The position numbers and the translations under genes are program-made. Below are positions 53,401 to 64,000 of a stretch of 64,000 nucleotides of DNA, one piece after another (the first letter of the stretch is position 1; every line of letters starts with the position of its first letter). Origin of the DNA: Tubiluchus corallicola (Eukaryota > Animalia > Priapulida); contig JAQGDQ010000129.1 of assembly GCA_030141605.1 (NCBI GenBank), positions 70,781 to 134,780 on the forward strand, written 5' to 3'. The notes under the pieces were generated by a model. It made no database searches. It was given only the letters and a program-made list of their open reading frames with translations, and was not told the origin of the DNA.

Positions 53401-56203
53401 ATAAGAATTTTCACTAAAACGTTGAGCAAGCGGTTCAACTTTATCAAATGAGAAAGTAATAACTTATGGTACGATGAACAAAGAAAAGATAGCATAAATG
53501 TGAACCGTGGCAAAAAGGGGATGGGGCTAAAGAGGAAAAGTTAAAAAATTCAAGACAGACAAATCTTAAAAGTGTCTGTTAAGTTGATGCTGCCATTGTT
53601 TGTTAGAGATTTCACGCCTTGATACTGCGTGTCCCGTGTATAGGGCAACAAGAATTTACGTTTGAGGGCCAACAATAACAATATTTCAAAATAAAGTCTG
53701 TTAGGAGATAACTGTGTAGAAGCTAAAAGTGACTCCCCTCTGTTGCCGGGATTAAGGACTATGCATGGTAGAAACGCCGCAGATGCTCTCGAGCACAAGC
53801 TTTGACTAGAAATTGAGCAATGGCTGATGGATTTTGCACATTTTAGCTTCGCAGTCTCTAGAGTACTTTCGAATTTATTTCTGCCATCGTGAAACAAGCG
53901 ACGTAATTTTCTTGCGCAAACTGTTATACACAAACTCCAGAAATAGTTCCTATGAGCAATGCACACGAAAAATTTAAGCAGAATTTTTAAGCGTAAAGCT
54001 AAGCTATCGTACGAATTGATCGAGATCATTTTGAGTAATTGCGGTTCGCAGTTTTAGAAGCATCGAGAGAGAAGATGTAATTCCAGCCAAATAAACGCAA
54101 CGAGTTTTATCAAAACGTTAAGAAGAAAAGTTTGCCAAGAAATCCTGTAGAATACTATGCATGGGTGGGCTAATCGAGATGGCCGAATGGTCAGAACATC
54201 CACCTCAGCGAGACATTCACCAAGACTATAGCAAAGCAAAGCTCAGAACCTTTATCAGTAACACGACGAGTGGAATATTCGAATTTGAAAATTTGAGCAA
54301 GAACTTGACATGTGGTCAAGTTATAGGCAATTATACAAGAATGCGCAAGCCAATTTTTGTGATGTATCTTTAAACGCCATTATGATGCTTGCTGAAAAGT
54401 CAAAACGTAGAGCTATGTTAACACTAAAGGAAATGGTATCTACGCAGTAGTAGCACAATCATATCCTTAGTCACTCTAACATTTTTTCATTTTAGTTGTT
54501 TAAACTTCATGGGTCGATAAATGTGAAAAATGAAAAGCTTCTTATTATTAAAATTATTAATTAAAGCAAACAACTAAAGTAACTCCACAATCGTGCATTT
54601 AACTTGCACAGAGCTTTTCACTTCGATATTAAATTTTTAGAAATATTACACCTGAATGTAGCATAAAGGTTTCAATCAATTCAAAAGTGTTGAACTTATA
54701 ACACCAGACACGTACAGCACAGCAAGGAGACCCAGATCATCTATACCAACAAAGGGTAACTATCGAAGAAATTTGGGGTCTCTTTTCCTTTTTTTATTTT
54801 TATTTTTTCTTAATTTGCTATTCTTCTGTAAGTGGTGAATTAATTTGTGTAGGTTGTTTTGGGAGAGATGCTCAGCTTTCGTTTTGTTATTATTCTAGGC
54901 GAAGCTGCAAGTCGGCCGCGCCTGGACGGGTTTGAGCATTGAAAAGAAGCGGCCGAAATGGGAATCCTGGCTCCTACAGGAGTAATAAGTTCTTCCTGTT
55001 GGCTCCGATACGTAGTGTGGCCTGTCCACCACTATGTGACGATTAATTGTAGACCTTTAGGCTTATTGCGTAATCGGTAATATGTCTGCAAGTTTGAAGA
55101 AAATTCAGGAATAAGCTTTCGCAGGTTTTTAGACAAGCTTAACTTTAAAGCAAATAGGCCACGAAAAGCTGACACGTGAATCTAGCTATTTAGACCTTTA
55201 AGAGCTGCAGTACAAATATTTTGCAGTTTCTTGGCTTCACTTCCGCAAGCTTTAAAGTCAACATTAATCATTTGATTGATGTTCTTATACAGCTGCTTCT
55301 GCTGCTGCTTTTACATTAGTGCACCACCAGCTCACGCAAAAAGAGTTTCAGTTTCAGTTCTGTAAAAAATAATGGTTATAACCAGTCAATACTTTTTCAA
55401 TTAATACGTTTCGGTAACTATACGATGTAAAATAAGCCTGTGCTTCCACACCTTGATTGATTCAGAACTGTTCAGGTAAGTGCTGCCTAGAGGATATTCA
55501 ATTAAAACGATTTTGTTATATAACCTATAACTTATAACTAGTTGCCGTATTGTTCGCATGTCAAATCCGTAAAGTAATAGGGTTTAGTATTAACAGCATT
55601 TCTTTTAGGTACAACCGCTATACAGCTAGGTTGCTTATTGTTCGTATGCCAAGTCAGCAAAGTAACTGTGGTTAATACGGGTTTAGGACAGACAGCAATC
55701 TTCTTAGTGCTTTCAATTACTAAGCATGTCATCTTATTTCAGAAGAAAACGAGGTATCGGCACAGGACCTTTTTTGGAGTACTCCGTCAGTTACAGATTG
55801 ACAGTGGTTGGCTCCTGGACTGGAGGAAGAAATGGATACTCTTTTTCTTTTTAAATAGTCAATTCAAGATTACTGATCGATCAAGACAAAAAACTAGCAG
55901 ACTTGTTCTATATCTCATGAGTAAAAGTTCCGTTTTAGGTAGGACCAACACTATTCGATCGAAGAGAAAAAACGGAATTAAGTGACAAAAATCCACATTA
56001 CCCATGATCACTGATTTTTTCACTGCGGCTCACTTAAGCCTGGATCAAGTTTCTAAACGGCAAGGCTTACGTATTTCCACATTTATCACAGGCAAACAGA
56101 TCGAATGATTGTCATGCAGCCTTGCCAATATACAAGTTAAATCAATATCCCCAATGCTGAATTTACTTGTGTGTTGACATTTGTGCAGTTTCCGTGATAA
56201 ACC

Positions 56204-56827
56204 ATGTTAGAAATGGAAAAATTTGACATCAGGCGTGGTGGGACGAATCTGTTTTCTTACGGAAACTACATCCGGGCATTGTCTGACGTCCAAATTTTGA
56301 CGGGCGTAGTATCAATCATTATTGAAGCAATTTTCATAAGCATCATTGCGAAGGACGTCCACACAAAGTTGTTTATAGCATCAGGAATTTGGTCCGGTGT
56401 GGTCTTCATTGTTGCTGGTTGTTCAGGATCGTTATTTTTGTGCAAGAAGAAACGAATTTATTTGGTTAGTTTTGAAATAGTTTGTGTCGTGGCTACTGTG
56501 TTTGCAGCTGTAATGCTAGTGCTGCAGTCTCTGGGGTTACAAGCCACACAGAACAGACTTCATTGTGATTATCACGTTGACCTTGACACTTTTAACTCAA
56601 CGCAAAGTGATTGGATCGACAGAAATGGTACGTTGTATGTTTTTCATGATTACTTGGCTACAGGAGAAAAAATGCGGAGCTGCAAAGACATGGCAAATAC
56701 AGCCGCTGGATTGTGCGTTGGTCTTATAACACTGGCTGCATTAGAGTTTGTAGTTGCGGTTGTTTGTATCTTGGTAGGAAAGTGCCTTTTGGACAAATAT
56801 GAATCTTCAACTAGATCCCCAGATTGA
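56204..56827 (+). CDS. MS4A/CD20-like four-transmembrane protein, 207 aa, intronless CDS
   Basis: Four hydrophobic helices and family-typical motifs QILTG (TM1), SGIWSGVVFIVAG (TM2) and LAALEFVVAV (TM4). Loop 2 has two Cys and sequons NST and NGT. Splice acceptor TTTGTGCAG lies 15 nt upstream of the ATG; a candidate 5'UTR donor CAG|GTAAGT is at 55475. Confidence 0.88.
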   Translation: MLEMEKFDIRRGGTNLFSYGNYIRALSDVQILTGVVSIIIEAIFISIIAKDVHTKLFIASGIWSGVVFIVAGCSGSLFLCKKKRIYLVSFEIVCVVATVFAAVMLVLQSLGLQATQNRLHCDYHVDLDTFNSTQSDWIDRNGTLYVFHDYLATGEKMRSCKDMANTAAGLCVGLITLAALEFVVAVVCILVGKCLLDKYESSTRSPD

Positions 56828-57991
56828 AATTAGTCATAAATCCAATGCATACAAAAAATGGCAATATATATAGTAATTTGGTAACGTGCATGCCAATACC
56901 AATATGATGCTAACATTAGACATCAGCGATGGGTTATAATTGTGTATTTCAATAATCGCACATCTCAGTAATAGACTGGTTAGTTTAAAATCTATTTCCC
57001 GATGTTCGCAATTCCTTTTTACAGCTTTATTTTTAAGACTAAACATTTTTATTTGGTCCAAAAATTTCAGTGAGAGCGTCCAACATTTAAAATACAAATA
57101 CACACTAGCAACTCAACGTGGACTGTTGTGATTTATTCTAAACATTAAATAATTAATTGATTTTAATAAGTATATGAATGTATTCAAATCATTCTGCAGT
57201 GCATTTATACTGAAGAAACACTTCTTGTCTAAAGCCTGGATATCTAACTGGCGCGTGTGCGCCCACGTATGCAATACTAGTAATTCTTGTGCTATTTAAT
57301 ATTCTCAAACGGCTTAATATAAATGAACAAGTAAAAATTCGCATTGTTAATTAAGTCTAGCTAAGTAGGTCTATAAGTTACTTAAACTAAACTCACCATT
57401 GCTTTTATTGTCAGAAGTGGTTGTCTGTAAATTATTAGTAAAAATACGACTGTCGATTTTGCAGAATATGCAGTTTTCTTTGATTTTAAGATTTTATACT
57501 CTCATCTCATCTTTGAAGGCATGTTGTAGTCTCAACTATAACTAAAATTCCATAGAAATCATTGAAATTCCAAAATCACAGTACATACATGTTTTTGTGT
57601 GTGTGGGGGATGCCAATTCGTAGATGTGAATTTAAGTTATTTTCACTTTGTCACACTTTGTTCAATGACACAGAACTACACTCAACGAAAATCTTTGGCA
57701 ACTGGTCTTAAAGAGGCGAGGTAATAGCCGAGTGTCACAGTACGTGTTTTGCAACCAAAGTTAAGCAACACTTAGATTGGTTAGTAAATCAGTGGGCGAT
57801 ATCTAGGTTACTGATTTTGGCTGTTTACCTGATGGAGGGAGAATGTATCTAAGCCAACTCTACCAGTTCAGCACTCATTTTAAATTTTGTTAAATCATAG
57901 TAACCCAAATTCCAGCTTGCAATCTGACGAAATTTATATAATGATGGCAATCATAATATTATTCTTTTAACAAATCGTTATTTTCTATCGA

Positions 57992-58110
57992 GGGTTGACG
58001 GATAATATTCAGCCGAAGGAGAGAGGTGTGGAACTGCCACCTTGGAACAGCAGATCTACGGGGTTAGTGCCTTATGATACATTCGACCACCTATTCGACG
58101 AACTGTTCTT
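57992..58110 (+). mobile_element. Tc1/mariner transposase fragment (decayed)
   Basis: GVELPPWNSRSTGLVPYDTFDHLFDEL resembles the Tc1 motif V..LPWPxxSPDLNPIEHLWDEL. Confidence 0.45.
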
Positions 58111-58734
58111 TACAATTTTTGATAACGCTATTATAGTGCTATTAATTAATTAATCTACCTTGATATATGACGAATAATCGAATCAGTTACAGAGGTGATG
58201 TCCATTGTGTTTTTAGCGGGTGGGGCGAAGGTATCCTTAATTAAACAAGCGCAGTGTACGCTTAACCAGCAAAGTGAAGCAACACTGAGGTTCAACAAGT
58301 GGAAAATTGCTTGTTCGTGGTTTTTTCTGCGACACTGCTTCCGACTGACCGAGGGAGGATACACACATATACGCACTAAGCGTATCTAACTGTACTTTGT
58401 AATTAGTTAGGTTTCAATTTTGTCACGACCTTCAGTGCAGTTTTACTCTGAAAGTCAAAAATAGACTTTGATGATGATGATGACGATATCTACAAAAAAT
58501 CTAGATATATCTCCCAAAACACAAATTTAACCTAAAGGCTCTATATTAAAAAGTACTCGGAAAAAACTGAATCTTCATCATTATTCGAACTGTCGTTTTT
58601 CGCAAGAACTTGCAATCTGTTTTTTAAAAGATATGTTTAATTGATTATTTTATACGACGTTGCCTGATTATTTGATTGGTCTTGTCTTGTGGGTTCCATC
58701 TGCATTAGCACACCATCATTATAATCATTAGCAG

Positions 58735-58786
58735 CATTATCATCATCATCGTCGTCGTCGTCATTTATCATCATCATCATCATAAC

Positions 58787-58819
<33 letters not shown>
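58735..58819. repeat. (CAT)n/(CGT)n compound microsatellite
   Basis: Directly visible. Confidence 0.97.
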
Positions 58820-59821
58820 GTCCCCACAATGCTTGTTAAAAAAGTTGAATTTTGCAAAGGTAACATTCAGAACCGAATACAGATATTACAGCAGAGTATA
58901 ATCCATATTTGTGACTTTAGAAAGTTAAAATAAATATATTTGAATGAACATTTATGCAAAACAGGAGAAATCAAAAGTTTTACACGTAAAATTATTATTT
59001 TTATTTTAAAGTCTATTTATATGAAAAACAAAAAACTTGCTGGACAAATAAGACAGTTTGCAGAATGGAGTCCTGCAAGTAGATAATATAATGTGTGGCG
59101 TTATAATGCAAAAATAGAACAAATGCGTTAAATAAGTTATAAAAATAATATCAGTAAAGAAAAGCAGTAGCTTGAAAGTTGAAACAAACACATCAAGTGT
59201 CTATAAGGTGGGAAGCCGGATCGGCGGACATATAAACTTGAAGGAAATGAATGAAAAATCATCGCAACTTGATACATTAGTAGTTCAACTACTCTGTTCT
59301 GACATAGTCTAGAATTCGAGTACATTTTGACACATCTGGCATGTCAGTAGTTGGACATCGTCACAACTACTCCGTTCTGATACAGCCTGGCATAAGAATA
59401 GCGGTGCCAATCCAGCATTCATCTAGCATTAATTGGGCCACTCCAGTCTGACGCTATCCACCAATAAATTTTCTCTACTAATGTTATCAAATATTAGGTC
59501 GAGGCATTATTAGTAAACGAAATTCTTGCGAACAACAGTAAGAAGTTCTGGAAATTTCCAAGGTAAATCGAAGAAAAGTTTTAGTAATTCTTGAGGTGAG
59601 CCACGGAGAAATTCCACGGATTTTTGATGTCTGGTACTGAAAGTCCAGAGATTCTATAATTTTACTCATAGCTCAATTTTGGATTCGTCAATGCAGTGCT
59701 AGCGTTGCGCAAATCACAATCATACCAAAGTTATTACTAAAAAAGTCGGCGAAGGTCGAAAATAATTAATGAAAACTTAAACATGAAAAAGGACAAAAGT
59801 TTGGTGTCTCTAAACAGGTTG

Positions 59822-61661
59822 CTAATATCCACCAGTGAGGTTTCTAAATGCTTCATCATTTTCCATCAGTTCTTGTAAAAACCCGAATGACCTAGACTGA
59901 TTGATTGAAGAAAGCGAGACTCCATCTGACTGTAAATCACTATTACGACCTGGCACCACAGTAGACAAGCGACTGTCTATTCCAATTGGAAATGGTGGAT
60001 GTTGTGTAATTGTCTGCTCATGGCGTATAATCCCGGTACTAGATGAATGAGATGTTATTTTGGAACACTGTTTTGCTGCAGTTCTTGACGTGGTGCCTCT
60101 ATTACTTGCGTGTGATTTTGGTGCACGATTTTTTGAGCTATCTGACTGTAAATCGCTATTACGACCTGGCACCACAGTAGACAAGCTACTGTCTATTCCA
60201 ATTGGAAATGGTGGATGTGGTGTAATTGTCCGCTCATGGCGTATAATCCCGGTACTAGATGAATGAGATGTTATTTTGGAACACTGTTTTGCTGCAGTTC
60301 TTGACGTGGTGCCTCTATTACTTGCGTGTGATTTTGGTGCACGATTTTTTGAGCTATATGACTGTAAATCACTATTACGACCTGGCACCACAGTAGACAA
60401 GCTACTGTCTATTCCAATTGGAAATGGTGGATGTGGTGTAATTGTCTGCTCATGGCGTATAATCCCGGTACTAGACGAATGAGATGTTATTTTGGAATAC
60501 TGTTTTGCTGCAGTTCTTGACGTGGTGCCTCTATTACTTGCGTGTGATTTTGGTGCACGATTTTTTGAGCTATCTGACTGTAAATCACTATTACGACCTG
60601 GCACCACAGTAGACAAGCTACTGTCTATTCCAATTGGAAATGGTGGATGTGGTGTAATTGTCTGCTCATGGCGTATAATCCCGGTACTAGATGAATGAGA
60701 TGTTATTTTGGAACACTGTTTTGCTGCAGTTCTTGACGTGGTGCCTCTATTACTTGCGTGTGATTTTGGTGCACGATTTTTTGAGCTATCTGACTGTAAA
60801 TCACTATTACGACCTGGCACCACAGTAGACAAGCTACTGTCTATTCCAATTGGAAATGGTGGATGTGTCGTAATTGTCTGCTCATGGCGTATAATCCCGG
60901 TACTAGATGAATGTGATGTTATTTTGAAACACTGGTTTGCTGCAGTTCTTGACGTGGTGCCTCTATTACTTGCGTGTGATTTTGGTGCACGATTTTTTGA
61001 GCTTATTCTCTGTTTCTGCGTACAGTTCTTTACTTCCTTCTGAGAAGAGGTTATAGATTTGCGATGCTTTGCACCACCTTTAGAAGATCCTACTTTTTCT
61101 TTAGAATGTGGTTCCTGTGATTTGGCATTTTTAGTGCTCCTCTCTGGCTGCCTAAGACTGTTCTTTGAACGTTCATTTTTAACTTTTAAAGTAATAGCCG
61201 TGCAACTTAGTTCTGGTGGCATCTTGGAATTAGTAGAATAATTTTGAATCTCTTTCGTTATTTCTTTATCGGACTTCCGCGTTCCGATTGCTGAATTTTC
61301 ACGTCTTTCCGTATTTTTTGGGGTCTGACGCGTAGACGAACTCAAATGTGGAACCAGTGGAGTTGTCTTCATCGATACAGTTTTTTTTGGATTCTTCTTG
61401 AATGGCTCGGGACTTTTGACTCTAGTTTGAGAATGAATGCCATATTTGAGAAGCTCTCGTCGCATTTTTGAAGCTTCTGGATTTGTTATGGATTTCGCGT
61501 CTGCTTTGATGTAATTTGCCGTTTGGTTTGAAACAATATTACTGTCAGAATTACGGATACTCGGCAAGACCTGTTCTTGCTTTCTAGTACGGGGAACAAC
61601 ACGTCCTGGAGCTGCTTGGCTTATAGCTTTTCTAACTTCCAGGGTTCCTTGCCAAGTATTC
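59822..61661 (-). CDS. Large terminal exon of an unknown basic Ser/Thr/Lys-rich, probably disordered protein with five 72-aa repeats
   Basis: The supplied 581-aa ORF begins at a TTG; the frame stays open 94 nt further to an acceptor TTTTTATTTTTGCAG at 61662. Ends with TAG at 59822, with AATAAA downstream near 59000. Confidence 0.85.
59924..61003. repeat. Coding tandem repeat, exactly 5 x 216 bp
   Basis: Units start at 59924, 60140, 60356, 60572 and 60788, with a few substitutions and no indels. Confidence 0.99.
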
Positions 61662-62595
61662 CTGCAAAAATAAAAATAACAGTTACATAAACTATTTTTA
61701 TGTAATTAAACAGCAACAACTTTAGTGTCGGTTGCAAATATCGTGACAGATATTAAAAACACATAAACATTAGAAATCACAAAATGGTGCTGTAAATTGA
61801 ATAATATTTGTGCACATTTATTTAATGCACTAGCCAGTTTTCAGTACTTAGTAGTGAATAGTGTAATGTTCGTTAAAACTGGTGCAGTCGACCATTTTTT
61901 GTATGCAGAACATTCTTAAAATGATGAACATCGTTAATTTTGAGATTCTTACAAATTACGACAGATGTCTTATTGTGACAATGAGTTGCATTATTTTATT
62001 TTATTTTATTTTGTTTATCTTGTGTTGTTGTTCTTGCAAAATTGACAACTTACAAGTCTATAATTTATACGATTCTATAACATTTGCGATTTTTTCTGCT
62101 GTTAATCTGATTTTGAAGGTGTGGATATAATTTAAAAAATCTTTGGAATATTTCTCTGTACATATATCTATAATAGTTAGTGAATGGCGAGAGTGTGACC
62201 TTAGTTAGACAGTACTGGACGTGGATGGTAAACGGATGCATGACTGCCAGAAAATCGATTTTGGACAGTTTCATACGCATTATTTAATTTTTATTTGAAC
62301 GTTTATTTCAGAAGTATAACAGTAACCTGCGCTGTAAGCTGCTGAAGACGCCATCTAATACTGGTATAGGCGTACAGGCAGTACAATGGTATAGTTCATG
62401 GCAGTACTACACGTACATCCTCTACCGAGTTTCAAATAATGGTTGTTGTGAAGCACATAAGTCTGCCTGTATATTATTTGTGTTGCTAGAGAAGACATGG
62501 TGAAAACATTGCAGTACGCCTACGTTTTTAGTCTACTTATGAAAATGGCTTACACCTGTTCTTAAAATAAAGCATAATTACAACGACAAACATAC

Positions 62596-62714
62596 ATGGT
62601 TGTTTCCTTAAAACCAGCTGGTTTTTTCTTGGCAGTTTCAGTTGGTTCCGAAATATCTGCTTTGTTCACGTCATTCTGCTTAAGCATGGCTGTCACAACG
62701 TTTATCGCAGACAT
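62596..62714 (-). CDS. Upstream exon of the repeat-protein gene (MSAINVVTAMLKQNDVNKADISEPTETAKKKPAGFKETT)
   Basis: Acceptor ATTACAG at 62721, open frame and a phase-2 donor AT|GTATGT matching the acceptor at 61661. The product would be 652 aa if the ATG at 62714 is the start; further upstream coding exons are not excluded. Confidence 0.6.
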
Positions 62715-64000
62715 ATTGTTCTGTAATTAATAAAATGAAACAAATCGTTATTGATACTGGCAAAATAATTATATTTACTTATGTCCTGGAATGCGGTACT
62801 CCGCACACGACTCTGGCGAAAAAACATGCTGACGCACCTAAAGTCGACAATAGCTTTCTTATTCTTCTTCTTTTTGTTCTTTTTGTTACAATTATTATTG
62901 TTATCATTGTGCAACACCATCATTATCAGCAGTAGCAGCACCATCATTGGGTTAGTAACGGTCATTTATCAAAATTCTGCGACACTGATTATGAATTTAA
63001 GGAATAGGAGCTTGCGATCAGATCTCACACCGCTCAGCAGTATCTGTGCTTGACGCACAGATATACTTCGCAAGACCTACTGGCGAAATTTATAGTTACA
63101 GATATAATACAAGTACATATAGGAATTAGGTTGCTCAATCAAACTATGCTATGATAATGTACAGCAATTTTAACAAGAGAAAACATGCCACTGATAATAA
63201 GCAAGTAAAACATTGTGTATGAATTCAATTTAAGGATGAACTTGAACTTGTCAGGTAGAACATCTTTAAAGAAACTTACAGTAAACTTAGGAAATGCAGT
63301 TTTGATAGAGTTGCAGTGCTAACTTCGATGAATACTTTGGCCTAATTCGCGCCAGTGGGATACAAAGTTGATGGAAGGCATCTTCGGCGGAAAGTACAAG
63401 AAAGGATGTCTTGAAGCTTGAATGTTGAGGGAAAGCAGTGACGTAACAGACTTTAGCATGTTAATTACACTGTTAATTGAACTCATAAAATTGTCCAATA
63501 CTGTGTTTTACACAATTAGTGTTTATTTTAATTATAATCAATCATATTAATGAAGTTTATCCAAACAACGAGGTTAAACAAAAAGTTACACAGATCTTAC
63601 ACACCTTTGTCTTTTGTATAGTTAACTCTGTACGTAACAGTCCAGGTCTTTTTGCTCATTCCTCTAACTATACCGACATAATAGCCTAAAGACGTGTTAT
63701 ACTTCAATACAAAAGATAGAGAGAGCAACAATAGTCGTGTATTAACTTTTAATAGGTAGTAGCACAAACTAAAACACTTAATAACTTACCACACAAACAT
63801 AGAAACAAGATTTGGCAGTACTTAATAATGCTGCTGTGAGAAATGAAGTTTTACAATATGCAAATAATAAGCTATTAGCCAATAACAAAACTGATAGCAA
63901 ATTAACTTGCAAACTAAAGTATAAATGGCAATCGCAGCGAAGAAAATGGAACTGATATGACAGACTAGATGGAAATATCATATCCTGAATGTGTGAGGCT

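Noticed and set aside
59924-61003. CRISPR-like array
   Set aside because: The units are contiguous with no unique spacers, lie in frame in a eukaryotic exon, and have no cas genes.
60060-61043. Four repeated + strand ORFs (MEHCFAAVLDVV...)
   Set aside because: They are antisense shadows of the 216-bp coding repeat, start at TTG and mostly end at a TGA within the unit.

Overview
AT-rich (roughly one-third GC by eye), repeat-rich eukaryotic DNA, most likely from an invertebrate animal; it has GT-AG introns, microsatellites and tRNA-derived SINE heads, and no prokaryotic features. Two coding genes are well supported and lie tail-to-tail at the right end. One is an intronless MS4A/CD20-like four-TM protein (56204-56827, +). 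The other is a spliced minus-strand gene (exons 62596-62714 and 59822-61661) encoding a basic Ser/Thr/Lys-rich protein with five near-identical 72-aa (216-bp) repeats. A third minus-strand gene start is reconstructed at 39815-39833 plus 38916-39044, and its second exon resembles another exon 37 kb away (1758-1858). The rest is mostly mobile-element debris: five copies of a TTAA-flanked Kolobok-like non-autonomous element, related TTAA elements, a decayed CR1/L2-group LINE RT, a Tc1/mariner fragment, SINE heads and MITE ends. There are also several exon-like segments with in-frame stops that may be decayed genes. Most short ORFs in the supplied track are chance or microsatellite artefacts. I found no evidence sufficient to claim a new biological system; the leads below are hypotheses.
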